This document shows positions 19,729 through 30,739 of a DNA stretch of 64,000 nt, one piece after another; the first letter of the stretch is position 1; each line of letters opens with the position of its first letter. Below the pieces are notes generated by a model. The model did not search any database, had not been told where the DNA came from, and saw only the letters and a list, made by a program, of their open reading frames with translations. Position numbers and translations under genes: made by a program. Origin of the DNA: Pelagomonas calceolata (lineage: Eukaryota); the NCBI GenBank assembly GCA_918797485.1, contig CAKKNE010000005.1:372001-436000 (forward strand), given 5' to 3'.

Positions 19729-21861
19729 TTATTTCGCCGCGCGCTTCGCGGCCCTCCTCGCCCGGAACGCGTCGGGCGGCGCCTCGGCGTCGTCCTCGTC
19801 GTCGTCGTCTCTTCCCCTCTTCTTCGTGGGCGGCGGCGGCAGCGGCGCCCGCAACAGAGCATCTAGCACAAATTGGACCGCTCTAGGATCGGCGACCTGC
19901 TTCCGGGCCTTCGTGTGGATGCGCTCCGTGAGTCTCCGTAAATTCGGCGGCAAAGTACCCGCACTCAACAATATAGCCACGGCGTCCCCATCATCACCAG
20001 CGTCCAGATCCGAGGCATCTAACCCGCCGTTGTCGATCTCGTCGGCGAGTAGGCCATCGGCTCTAGCCGCTTCGAGCTTCGACGCGTGGTCTCGACAGGA
20101 CGCCAAATCCCGCACCAAAATCGCGGGGATGGCCTCGCGCACGCGCCAGGCCGTGTCCGTCGCATTTAAAGGGAGGATGGCCGCCGACGACACGTCTCGC
20201 CAGAGCGCCATGAGCGCGCCACCCACACCGCCCGCGCCGGCTTTCTTTCTCCTAACTTCCACGGCCCGAGCCTTCATGGCAGCGTCCCGCGAAGAAGCGT
20301 GCCGGTGGTAGATGGACACGAGGGCGTCCCAGAGGACGTGGGGCACGTCCTGCTCCTTCTTATACGCCGCTATACTTCGTTCGATGACCGCAGAGGCAGA
20401 ATCAGCATCTCCACAGTCCGTTTCGAGAAAATGGGCGAAGGTCAACACGTAGACCGCGTCGTGCCTCTGTAACAACTCCGGTCTTTGATCCAAGCCCAAT
20501 TCAAACACTCTACGAGCGGCGAGCTTGTCATTATTTGCCCGCGATTCCACGACCGCGTGACCTTCGTAGATCCGCGCGTCGATCTTCTTGGCTTTCCGCA
20601 GGTCTGCTGTTCTAGCGAAGACGTCCCTGGCTGCCTCCTTGCCTCGGTGGCGGCGGCAGTGGCGCTCGAGCAAGACCCACGGCGCGGCGCAAAGTTCGCC
20701 CTCCTTCGCCTCGGGGTCGTCCGTCTTCAGTTCTTTGGCCACGAGCGCCTCGAGAGCGGCTTCCGCTTCCGCCGGTCGACCCAACCGCTCGAGAGCCGCC
20801 GCGTGGGCCGCCGCGGCCAGGACCGAGGTCGAACACGTCTTTGCGGCATCTGCTAAAATGTGAACCGCCGCGTCGGGACCACTGGGAGCCGCCTGGAAGA
20901 GGGGGGATTCATCTTCTAGGGAGAAGGGTGACGCTATCAACGCCTCATCTTCCGGACAATCCGTGTCGGCGCCGCCCGGAATCGCCTCCGGTCTCGCTAA
21001 GTCCTCGGCGTGGCACTGCTCAGCCCAGTCGGACAGTTCGAGAAACAATTCGGGCGCCTGGTCCGCGCAGGCGTCGATGGCCGCGCGGTAGGCCGCGGCG
21101 ATGCGCCTTCGCCCGGCATCGATCGACAGAGCATGCGCGCTCTTCTCGGCGGGCGTGGCTTCCTGCCTCCTTTTTTCGGTAGGCATAGAAGCTCGTTCGT
21201 ACGCGATGACGATGCGCCATCTTCCTAAATCATCGTCGGTCTGGGCGTGTCTCGCTGCGCGCCAGATTTGGGCTCGTGCCGCCCCATCTCGCCTCGCAGC
21301 CTGCGCCAACGGATCCAGCGCTCGCGCCCGCTCCCGGTCCTTTTCGTCGCCACCTTCGCGCGCCTCCTTCTCGATCTCGCGCCAAAATTCGTCGTTGCCT
21401 TCACCGGGAATTAGTGAAGCCCTTCTAAGGAGAGAAGCCTTGGCCTGGGCCCGTTGCGCCACCGGGGCGGAGTTGGCGGCCCAGTCCCGATACGCGCGCC
21501 ACAGCGCCGTGGCCTCGGGCGCGGCGCCGGCCGCGGCGACGGCTCGCTCGAAGGTCCGGCCAACCAACTCCGTAGACTCCGATGCGCGTTCCTCGCGCGG
21601 ATGCGCATCTCTACAACACTCGGCGGCGACGCGCCACAGGTCCGCGTCGCAGCGGCACCAGCACAGGGCCTTCTCTTCATTTTCGTTTAGTAACTTCCAG
21701 GCCACTTCCGGGCCCCGCGTCGCGCGCTCGTGCTCCGCATATAACCGCCAAAAGAGCGCAACTCTAGGAAAGTGCTCGACGCCGTGCTGGAGCATGTCCA
21801 CGTATTCTTCCGGAGATCTCGCTTGCGCGAGCTGGGCCTGGAGGTCGCGGGCGGTGGCCAT
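19729..21861 (-). CDS. CSTF3: HAT-repeat protein, CstF-77/Rna14-like
   Basis: HAT-like helices 'FPRVALFWRLYAEHE', 'WRIVIAYER', 'RRHRGKEAARDVF', 'ARRVFELGL'; C-terminal 'DAFRARR'. Confidence 0.7.
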   Translation of the reverse strand: MATARDLQAQLAQARSPEEYVDMLQHGVEHFPRVALFWRLYAEHERATRGPEVAWKLLNENEEKALCWCRCDADLWRVAAECCRDAHPREERASESTELVGRTFERAVAAAGAAPEATALWRAYRDWAANSAPVAQRAQAKASLLRRASLIPGEGNDEFWREIEKEAREGGDEKDRERARALDPLAQAARRDGAARAQIWRAARHAQTDDDLGRWRIVIAYERASMPTEKRRQEATPAEKSAHALSIDAGRRRIAAAYRAAIDACADQAPELFLELSDWAEQCHAEDLARPEAIPGGADTDCPEDEALIASPFSLEDESPLFQAAPSGPDAAVHILADAAKTCSTSVLAAAAHAAALERLGRPAEAEAALEALVAKELKTDDPEAKEGELCAAPWVLLERHCRRHRGKEAARDVFARTADLRKAKKIDARIYEGHAVVESRANNDKLAARRVFELGLDQRPELLQRHDAVYVLTFAHFLETDCGDADSASAVIERSIAAYKKEQDVPHVLWDALVSIYHRHASSRDAAMKARAVEVRRKKAGAGGVGGALMALWRDVSSAAILPLNATDTAWRVREAIPAILVRDLASCRDHASKLEAARADGLLADEIDNGGLDASDLDAGDDGDAVAILLSAGTLPPNLRRLTERIHTKARKQVADPRAVQFVLDALLRAPLPPPPTKKRGRDDDDEDDAEAPPDAFRARRAAKRAAK

Positions 21862-22258
21862 CTTTCAGTACTGTCTTCTGCTTTCGTAGCGCCGCGTTTG
21901 CGCACGGCTTGTCTTAGCTCGCCGCCCGTGGCAGTACGGGGCGCGCGCCTTGACAGCGAGGCTGGAGGGAGTTTTGAGCTTGGATGCGCGCCTGGGGCAC
22001 TGCGTGCAGTGAGATTGCGAGGAGGCGTCTGTCAGATCACTATGGTGTTCTTCCAGCTCTCACGAGTCCAGCCTGTGGCTGCACGCAGCGTACGAGGTAC
22101 GGCGAGCTCGAGCGCGCTTGGCAAAAACTAAAGGCACAGACATACTAGCAATACGCAAACGCAGAACAATGACGCCTAGACGCCGTGGCGACACCCGGGT
22201 CCCGTCCCCGAGCCTGAGGAGGGGCTAGCCAGGACAAGTAAACAAACAAGCACATTCA

Positions 22259-23473
22259 TCAGCTTACTCGCGAGGGGGCATCCCGCTCACGGTCGATCTG
22301 AGTTCCCACGGGCGCCCAGAATCGAAGCGTCCGGTCCATGGATCCCGAGACGATTCTACCGTCCGGCAGCGCGGCGAGGCAGAAGGCCGCGCGAGCGTGG
22401 CCCCGCAGCGTCTGGAGGCAGGTCAAGGGAAAAGGACCGGAATAGAAAGCGCTGTAATCAGAACCAGAATAATCAGAATCGATATCGGGAAAACGTTGCG
22501 ACCGAAGGGCCTCGGGTACGAGAGCCAGGTCGGCGCGCCAAATCTTCAGTACTCCGTCGCCGTCGGCCGCCAAGAAGCGTTTGTTTGGCAGGCTCGCCAA
22601 GGCCCAGACAGCTGCATCGTGTCCACGTGTCGTGAAGACATTATCTATATCATCTATATCTATGAGGTCCTCGTCTGCATTAAGGTCCCAGAGCGAAAGC
22701 GAGCCGTTCCCACGGCCAGCCACGACGACGCTTTCGAACGGAACAGCAACCGACGTGATGCTCCCCTCATGTGGCCCCGTGTGGCACCGCGATTGTATGA
22801 TGTTTCCATGCTTTCCCTGCGCCACGTCGAAAACGTTTAGTCTGCCCTCTCCTCCATCCGCGATCAACGTACCGTCCGGCAGGGCCGCGAAGCACCGGAC
22901 GGCGCTACCCGCTCCAAACATCTCAATCTCGCGACCAGAATTCACGTCCCAAAGATATATTCTCCCACCCCTACACCCGGAGACGACGCGGTCTTCGGAC
23001 AGTGCAGCCACGCACCAGACGTAGTCCGTAGGTCCTTCTTCCAGCGTTCGGAGGTGGCTGCCATCTCGCGCCCACACGATGAGCGTCCCATCGCGCGATC
23101 CGGACACGATGCGCCCGTCCGGCATGATACAGACGCACCGCACGCGGTTCATATGCCCCTCGAGGATCGCGCGACAGCTCCCGTCGGTGGCGGCGAGGAT
23201 CCTCAGGGTATGGTCCTCGGACGCCGTGACGATGCTGTCGCCCGTCACGGCGACACCAAGAATGCTCCGTTCGTGTACGTCCTCCCATACGCCGTCGCAG
23301 CGTAGCAGTTGTCGAAACGCGGGGCTGCCCCGCACCGCCGTCCGCACGTCGCGGCTCGTGCGCGCGAGGCGGCCCAGTTGCTTCGGCACGAGGCAGTCGC
23401 AGACGAGGCGCCAGATCTCCGGCGGCAGCTCGCGGTCCTCCTCTTCAGAGCTGTCGACCATCTTGTGCTCCAT
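22259..23473 (-). CDS. F-box/WD40 repeat protein
   Basis: 'LPPEIWRLVCDCL' F-box; repeated 'GH...V.C...PDGRIVSGS.D.TL..W'. Confidence 0.88.
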   Translation of the reverse strand: MEHKMVDSSEEEDRELPPEIWRLVCDCLVPKQLGRLARTSRDVRTAVRGSPAFRQLLRCDGVWEDVHERSILGVAVTGDSIVTASEDHTLRILAATDGSCRAILEGHMNRVRCVCIMPDGRIVSGSRDGTLIVWARDGSHLRTLEEGPTDYVWCVAALSEDRVVSGCRGGRIYLWDVNSGREIEMFGAGSAVRCFAALPDGTLIADGGEGRLNVFDVAQGKHGNIIQSRCHTGPHEGSITSVAVPFESVVVAGRGNGSLSLWDLNADEDLIDIDDIDNVFTTRGHDAAVWALASLPNKRFLAADGDGVLKIWRADLALVPEALRSQRFPDIDSDYSGSDYSAFYSGPFPLTCLQTLRGHARAAFCLAALPDGRIVSGSMDRTLRFWAPVGTQIDRERDAPSRVS

Positions 23474-23604
23474 CAGTGCTCGAGAGCCAGCCCATCCAAA
23501 ATCTGAGTTTATTGCGGCCCCGCACGAACATGTTTAACAGCGGAGGCGTCTCCAGAATAATAATTCAACTAACTTTTACTACCATACTACTCCCACACAA
23601 GAAA

Positions 23605-24009
23605 TCAGAGGCCGAGGAACGGCTCCTCGAGCGCGTCGTACCGGAGCGCGCGCGCGCGCGCGGCCCGCGCCTCGGCGGCGCGTGCGGCCTCCGCGCGGCG
23701 CTCGCGTTCGCGCCGCGTCTTGTCATGAATCGTGTATGCCAGGTTGCGCGCTATGCACTTGTTGGCCGCGGCGGCCGCCTCCGCGCGGTCCGCGCGGCGC
23801 ATCGCATTGCGTAGGTCGCGCTTGACCTGCGCCAGCTCGCCGCCGTCGCACGCCCGCGGCGGCGCGATGTCGTCCTCGCTGACGCGGGGGACGGCGCCGT
23901 CGGGCAGCCGTTCCTTGCCAGCATCGGAAGGCAATGCACAGTGGCGCGGCGGCGTGACGAGCGGTGCGGCGGCGGCCGCGGGGATGAGCAGGGGCGACAC
24001 GGTGGCCAT
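23605..24009 (-). CDS. Hypothetical coiled-coil protein
   Basis: ATG-initiated ORF (MATVSP...) with Ala/Arg/Glu-rich helical content; no recognisable domain. Confidence 0.4.
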   Translation of the reverse strand: MATVSPLLIPAAAAAPLVTPPRHCALPSDAGKERLPDGAVPRVSEDDIAPPRACDGGELAQVKRDLRNAMRRADRAEAAAAANKCIARNLAYTIHDKTRRERERRAEAARAAEARAARARALRYDALEEPFLGL

Positions 24010-24309
24010 GGCTGCGGTTCTGTGCGCGTTGCAGCTGTGCGGGCCTGGGCAGCCCAAAAATGATGGCAGTGCCTGTGAGCCCAAAAAATTCCAAATGTGA
24101 TGGGCAGCTGAAAAAATTCAGGCTGGGCCCCCTAAATGCCCCCGAACATAGCAAAGCACGCCAACGCCGCCCAAGGGCCGCCCTCGCTGGCGCTGCGGTG
24201 TTTTTTGACGCCTACGGACGGCTCCCGCGGTTGCGCGCGGAGGCCCCAAAATATTTGGGGCTAGGGCAAAAGACGTTCCCCGGAGCGCTCCGCCCCGGGC
24301 CCCGCAGCC

Positions 24310-24672
24310 ATGGAGGGGTCGGGCTCGTTAGCGCGGCTCCCGGAGGACATCGAGCGGGAAATCGTCGCCGCGTACTGCGGCCTCGCGTGTCTACTGCCCG
24401 AGGCGCTGGGCCGAAGAAACACCTACAAAGCGTGCTTGGCCGAGCTTGATTACATCAGGCACAACGTCCAGGCGGGCACCAGTATCAAACAGCGAACATT
24501 AAGGGAGTGGGCCGAACGTCCCGTCGCGAAAAAGCCCGACGACGTCATGTGGCGCCTCGAGCAGTGGCACCGCCAGCGTACCCGTCCACCTCCCAGAAAT
24601 TACGCGGCGTTCCGCGGCCTCGCGACCGTGTCTCTACTCGTCGCCTTCCTCATCCTACATAGCATATTCTAA
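24310..24672 (+). CDS. Small hypothetical tail-anchored protein
   Basis: 120-aa ATG ORF; F-box-like 'LARLPEDIEREIV'; hydrophobic C-terminus. Confidence 0.45.
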   Translation: MEGSGSLARLPEDIEREIVAAYCGLACLLPEALGRRNTYKACLAELDYIRHNVQAGTSIKQRTLREWAERPVAKKPDDVMWRLEQWHRQRTRPPPRNYAAFRGLATVSLLVAFLILHSIF

Positions 24673-24676
24673 GTAC

Positions 24677-25807
24677 CTACAGCCCCCGCGCCCCCTCCGC
24701 CGTGTAGAAGGGCTTCTTCGGCTTCAGCCCTAATGAGGTAGACTGCGGGTCGCGCGCCGACTGCGCCGCCAGCAGGTAGCCCTCGATCTCGTCGACCGTT
24801 AACGTTTGGGAACCGTCAGTATCGATGTCGTCGACCAGCAAATTCACTTGTTTTTCCTCAATACCAGGAACTAACCCAGAAAACGCTTTGGCGCACTCGG
24901 CGCGGTCCAATTCTCCAGACCCGTCGCCGTCGTACTTCGTCAATTGATCTCTAACGGCCAAGCGAAGAGGACCGCCCATGCCCACGAACTTATCTAGTAG
25001 TAAAGTTCTCAATTTGAGCACCTCCCTCGGGACATCATTTCGCGCCCTCAGAGCGTTGCCCTTCTTGAACCTCGACATAATGTCCTCGATGTTCCCATTG
25101 TTGCAGGCCGCCCAGACTCGAGCTGGCAGGCAGTTCTCTTCGTCAAAGACGCCGCCGAAGGGGGCCAATGCTTCTTCGAATTGCGCCGCGGTCAAGTGAG
25201 TAGCTGAAGGTGTACTCCGCTGCCGCTCCAGACTTCGTTTGAGGAGTTTCCCATCAATACCATCCTCTCGCAGCGATGATTGGAATGCCAACGTCTTGGC
25301 CTTCGCCCTTAGTTCATCAAAGAACACATCTAATGCAGCCGTCGGCGTGGGGGCTTTACTAGCCTCAGAAAATGACAATCCACCACCGTAGCCCTCGAAC
25401 TCCGACGGGTCCGTCTTCCTCAAGCCACACGCTCGCGGTCGTCGCGTATTCGTGGTCTTCTGGGACGGAGGCGGCCGCGCCGGCGGAAAGCCCCCGTTCT
25501 CCTCCTTTTCTTGCGCGAGCTTCGTTAATTCTGCCGTGAACTCCGGGATACTGACAGAACCACTCCCGTCGCTGTCGAAGCGTTGCGCTAGAGCTTCGAA
25601 CTCGCAGTCCTGCAGCCCGGCCAAGAAATCTTCGAGACAACTGCGGAACTCGTCCATTTCCAGCTCGCCGCTGTTGTCGAGGTCGAAGCGCGTCAGGAGC
25701 GTTTTCACTCGATTGGAGACGGAGCCGCCCCGCTCCGTGATCTTCTCCAGGAGCGTCGCGAGCATCCAGTCGAGGCGCTGCTCGCTCACTGTCGTCTGGG
25801 CGGCCAT
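24677..25807 (-). CDS. EF-hand calcium-binding protein (4 canonical loops)
   Basis: DLDNSGELEMDE, DSDGSGSVSIPE, DGDGSGELDRAE, DTDGSQTLTVDE. Confidence 0.85.
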   Translation of the reverse strand: MAAQTTVSEQRLDWMLATLLEKITERGGSVSNRVKTLLTRFDLDNSGELEMDEFRSCLEDFLAGLQDCEFEALAQRFDSDGSGSVSIPEFTAELTKLAQEKEENGGFPPARPPPSQKTTNTRRPRACGLRKTDPSEFEGYGGGLSFSEASKAPTPTAALDVFFDELRAKAKTLAFQSSLREDGIDGKLLKRSLERQRSTPSATHLTAAQFEEALAPFGGVFDEENCLPARVWAACNNGNIEDIMSRFKKGNALRARNDVPREVLKLRTLLLDKFVGMGGPLRLAVRDQLTKYDGDGSGELDRAECAKAFSGLVPGIEEKQVNLLVDDIDTDGSQTLTVDEIEGYLLAAQSARDPQSTSLGLKPKKPFYTAEGARGL

Positions 25808-26235
25808 CTTGGGCTGCCCGGAGCTTGCGGCGGCCCTGCAGCGCGTCGATTCCGCTGCGCGCCTGCCCAACGTGCTCATCCCGCACGTTTGCCGATCCGC
25901 GGTCTAGTGCTCCTGGAGGCGTCCGCCGTCGACAGAAGCCTGTAAAGGCACGAGAGCGCGCTTCGAGTCTTCGACAAAAATGCTAGTGTGTCTCATACAC
26001 GCTAGCTGGCTCTCATTGCACACGCTGTGTTCACCACGCAGACGACCTCTTTGCACGCACTGATACGGTGCAGCAGTGCTCACTCCAGCCGTGTTCAAGG
26101 TGGCAAAAAACGAGAACGCGCCGGCGACCGCGTACGGAGTTTGCAAGGCTGCACGCGCTGTGCCACCTTTTGGGCGAGCGCACAACGAGGGGAGCGGCGC
26201 CGACGGCGTAACCCGGCAGCCGCACGCACTCAATC

Positions 26236-26619
26236 ATGGCGAAAGACAAAAAGAAAGCCAAGAAACGGAAGGCCGAGGCCGCCGCCGCCGCTGCCGCGCA
26301 GTCGTCATCCGACACAGCATCTGCCGCCGCCGAGGAGAGCGTCGACGACATCTTCGCCGCGCTCAAAAAAGAGAAACGACCACCGAAAGCCGAGAAGCCG
26401 ACGAAGAAAAAGCCGCGGCGCGACGCCGAGGCCGAGCGAAAAGAGGACGACAAGTGGCGCGCGGGCCGGCCGCCGACGCCGCCGGGCCGCCAGGAGAACC
26501 CGCAGGTGCACCGGTACGCCGCCGACGGCCTGCCGGTGTACAAGTACTTCCATCTGGGCATGGACCAGCAGGACGGCGGGACGCCGCTCTGCCCCTTCGA
26601 CTGTGACTGTTGCTTCTAA
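26236..26619 (+). CDS. DUF1764-family protein
   Basis: Lys-rich N-terminus, 'VDDIFA', 'DGLPVY', C-terminal 'GGTPLCPFDCDCCF'. Confidence 0.85.
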   Translation: MAKDKKKAKKRKAEAAAAAAAQSSSDTASAAAEESVDDIFAALKKEKRPPKAEKPTKKKPRRDAEAERKEDDKWRAGRPPTPPGRQENPQVHRYAADGLPVYKYFHLGMDQQDGGTPLCPFDCDCCF

Positions 26620-26649
26620 ATTTAATTTTACACAAACTATAGACATTCT

Positions 26650-28760
26650 TCAGGCCGACCGTAATCCTTCGAGCGCGTGCTCGACGTCCCTGCACGAGTT
26701 GTAGTGCAGGAACGAGATCCGCGTCACGTCCGTACTAGAACCGAGGGCCTCCCAGAGCGCGGGGCAGTAGTGCGTGCCGTGCGTCGCGTAGACTTTGCGG
26801 GAGCGGAGGTGCTCCACGAGCGCCGCGGGCGCGACGCCTTCTTTGGCGACGGCGAAGGTCGCGGCGCGCGCGTCGAGCGCGTCACTCACGCCGTAGACGC
26901 ATAGGCCGGCGATATCGTCGACGCCGGCGAGGAACTGGCGTTTCAGGAGGTGCTCGTGGGCGCCAATGGCCGCGAAGCCGGCGCGGAGGCGGTCGCGCCG
27001 CGTCAGCGAGCCGCCGTCGGTGATGCCGCCGAAGCGGTCGCCCAGCGCCGCCAGGTAGTCCACGGCGGCCGTCGCGCCAGACAAAGCTTCGAAGGACGGC
27101 GTCCCCAGCTCCCACCGCGATAAGTAGCACGACTCGTCCCGCGGCAGGCCGTCGTCCGAGACCCTCAACTTGTCCGGTTTCAGAGATGACAGTAATTCCC
27201 TTCTCCCATACAAAGCCCCGCAGTGGGGCCCGAAGAACTTGTAGGGGCTCACCACCAAAAAATCCGCGTCTAGCGCTTGCACGTCTATCAAGTTGTGGGG
27301 CGCGTAGTGGACGCCGTCGAAGAACGTCAGCGCGTTCTTTTTGAGCGTAGCGATGCGGTGGCAGTCGTGGATCGTGCCCGTGCCGTTGCTCGCGAGGCCG
27401 CAGGCTATCAGTCGCGTGTTCTCGTCGACCAGCGTCTCCAGAGCGTCCACGTCTAACGAGCCGTCCTCGCGCACGGTCATGTATCGTATGTCACAGCCCG
27501 CCCGCTGCGCGGCGAGGACCCAGGGCTGGACGTTGCTGTCGTGGTCGGCCTGTGTGAGTTTTCTTTTGTGTGGCGGCGACGGCGTATGAAGGGTGTGAAG
27601 ACGCGGGCCGCCACGATGGAAAGCACGACGTTGTCCCCCTCGGACCAGGTCCCGCCCAGCGCCCGCGCGACGTGGACCACGAGCGCCGTCGCCGAGGGCC
27701 CGAACACGACTTCGTCGCTCTCGCAATGCAACAAGTCCCCCAGCGCGCCGCGCGCCTCCCTTAATACATCCGTCGACGCCAGCGAGTGCGGATGCTGCCC
27801 GCCGACGTTCGCCCCGAACGCAATTTGGCGGGAGACGGCCTCGACGACGGTATGATGACACTGCGAGCCCGCGGCGCCATCCAATAAAGAGGCGTCGGCC
27901 GGCAGGCCCGGGAACTCCGCGCCGACGTCGAACGTCCCCACTTGTTGCCGCAATTTGTTTAAAGATCGAAAGGCCTCGAAGTGCGTGTCCGCCTCGACGT
28001 CGGCCCGGCGGTACGAGAAGTAGCCCACGGCCCGGTCATTCAACGAGTGGTTCGCGCCGCCGCGGTGCAGGATGCGGTCGTCAAAAATCACGGCCCCGCC
28101 CCGCGGCACCTTCGCCGCGACCACGTCGGCCAGCGTGAAGCCGACCGTCTCCGGCTGATGATCTCGTTGATACACGATGTCCTCATCAAAGCTCCCCGTG
28201 TGGTGGTTCGTAGAGACGTGGCTTCGGGGCACGAACTCCGTGGGCCCGCTCTCGTAGTCGGCGCAGGCGTCGTCCAGCGCTATAAGTACATTAAGGATCT
28301 TCGCCGATTGATGCTCCGCGGAGTCGTGTCTGGAGTCCGCGTGCCAGCCCTGCGCCGGCGCGCCCGGTTTTGACAGCACAATCCCGCAGAAGGCCTCCTT
28401 GCAATCAGCACCTAATGTAGCCTCGGCGACGGCCCTACACTTCGCGAGGTCTCCCTCGGAAAACGCTGCAAAGGGCGCGGGCACGTCGTAGCGGTGCGGG
28501 CTCCTCAGTACGACCTCCTCGAAGGAGTCTCGGGAACCGACGCCGAGGGGCACGCCCTCCGTTAACGCCATCGCTTCATTGGTCTTCTCCAGTAACGTCG
28601 TGGCGACGCGGTCGAGTTCGGTGGTGAGGAAGTCGTCGATGACGACGACGCCGTGCTCGTCCAGTAGTGAAGCTATTTGGTGTGGCGGTGTTGCGCCGCT
28701 GACGGCGAAGGCGTGCAGGCGGCGCGTGGTGAGGCGGCGGGCCAGCCGCAGAGCCAGCAT
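26650..28760 (-). CDS. Fusion: PhyH-family Fe(II)/2OG dioxygenase + class-V PLP enzyme (cysteine-desulfurase-like); intron 27550-27614
   Basis: 'QGWHADS', 'GPTEFVPRSH', 'FDDRILHRGGAN..DR'; then 'LDGAAGSQ', spliced 'SI|ADHDSNVQPW', 'FDGVHYAPH', 'SPYKFFGPH', 'WELGT', 'RISFLHYN'. Confidence 0.88.
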
Positions 28761-29048
28761 CTTGGGTTACGGCTGCTGGCGCGCGCGGAGATTTCAAGAG
28801 GCGCGCTGTGACGACGCGCTGGGTGGCACAGACGACACTGTAGCCTCTATTTAGATCGATAGACGCGCGTGCGCGGCGCTTAGAATTCAAATGAATAGCT
28901 GCCTGCCAGAGCTGTTTTGCAGTCTGCAGTGCTCCTCGCGCGACCGAGCTTGAAGCCATTCGTGCGAGCTCTCTGACTCTCCAGACATCGGTGAGCACTG
29001 ATAAGAGCTGAGAAACCGCGTGCCGTGCCGGCAGAGCAAACACCAGCC

Positions 29049-30739
29049 ATGCAGCGCTTCACAGCCCTGGTGAGGCGCCGCTTCGCCACGACGTCCACGC
29101 TCTACGTCGACGGCGCCGCCGCGCCGGCAAGCGACAACGCTACGATAAATACGCGCAGCCCGGCCGACGGCTCGGTCCTCGCCGAGCTCTCGGACGCGTC
29201 CGCCGACGACGCGCGGCGCGCGGTCGCCGCGGCGGCGCGGTGCCATGCGTCGGGCGCGTACTTCCGCGACGGCGCGGCGCGGCGCGACGCGCTCGAGCGG
29301 GCCGCCGCCGCGCTGCGCGAGGACGCGACCGTGTACGCGACGAACGAGGCGCGCGCGCGTTTGCGGCGTCCCAGGGATTTTCGTTGATTCTTCACGTTGT
29401 TCCTCGATTGCGCGGAGTCACGCCATCGCCGCGGCGTCGTCTCGACTCCTGATCCGCGCAGGACTGCGGCAAGACGTTCGCGGAGGCCGAGGGCGACGTG
29501 GCCTACTGCGCGGACATGCTCGACTACTACGCGGGCCTCGTGGTCGACGGCGCGACACGGGAGCGGCGCGCGCCGCCGCCGGCCGCGTACGAGCTCGACG
29601 CCGCGTGCAGCATCGCGACGTACCCGGCGGGCGTCGCGGCCCTCGTGACGCCCTGGAACTACCCGCTGCTCCAGGCCGTGCTCAAGGTCGCGCCGGCCGT
29701 CGCCGCGGGCTGCCCCTTCGTGCTCAAGCCGAGCCCCCTCGCGTCGCTGACCTGCGTCGACTTTTTGCAAACAATCCTGGGCCCGCTCACGCCGCCGGGC
29801 GCCTGCAACCTGCTCACGGGCGGCCCGCCGCTCTCGGCCGTGGACCGGGGCGCCGGCGCGCTGCTGGCGGACCCGCGCGTCGCCGTCTGCAGCTTCACGG
29901 GGTCGAGCCGCGGCGGCGAAGCTGTTTTGAATGCGGCCGCGCCCTTCGCGCGGCCGTCGGCGCTGGAGCTCGGCGGCAAGGGCGCGCTCGTCGTCCTCGA
30001 CGACGCCGACGTCGAGGCGGCGGCGGACCAGGCGCTGGTCGGCATTTTGTCCTGTGCGTGACAGTGTCTATCTACGCCATCGCCGCGACCCCTTCCCGCC
30101 GCAGGTGCCGGCCAGGTCTGCTCCGCGACGTCTCGGTTACTGATCCAGCGGCCGATCTACGACGCCGTCGTCGAACGAGTGCTAGAGAAGATGGCCGCCG
30201 TGGTCGTCGGCAAGCCACTCGACGCGGCGACGACGATGGGCCCGCTCGTGTCGCGGGAGCAGCAGGAGCGCGTCCTCGGCTTCGTCGAGCGGGCGCGGCA
30301 GGCGGCCCTCGACGTGCGCCAGCCTGCGGCCCAGGCTGACGGTAGCGGCTACTTTGCGCCGCCGACGTTGGTCTTGGGCGACCTCGAGGGGAGCGAGGTC
30401 TGGCGCGAGGAGGTCTTCGGGCCAGTACTATGCGCGATGCCGTTTGAGAGTGATGAAGACGCCATCAACTTAGTGAACGCGTCGCGGTTCGGTCTGGCGC
30501 ACGCCGTGTTCTCGGCGGACGAGGCGCGGGCCGCAAAGTGCGCCGACGCGCTGGACGCGGGCGTCGTCTGGGTGAACGCCAACCAGATCCTCTGGCCGGA
30601 CACGCCTTTTGGTGGGTGGAAGGCTTCTGGGTTTGGCTTCGAGCAGGGTGCCGAGGGGATGGCGCCGTTTTTGCGGCGGAAGAGTGTTGTTGTGGCTCCG
30701 AGTCCTGCGCCTGAGAGGGGGTATGTTGCGGCTTGGTAA
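29049..30739 (+). CDS. Aldehyde dehydrogenase, betaine/aminoaldehyde dehydrogenase-like; introns 29355-29461 (GC-AG) and 30054-30104 (GT-AG)
   Basis: 'TPWNYPLL', 'LKPS', 'SFTGS', 'LELGGK', spliced catalytic 'CAGQVCSATSRLL', 'EEVFGPV', 'PFGGWKASGFG'; Arg-rich transit-peptide-like N-terminus. Confidence 0.9.
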
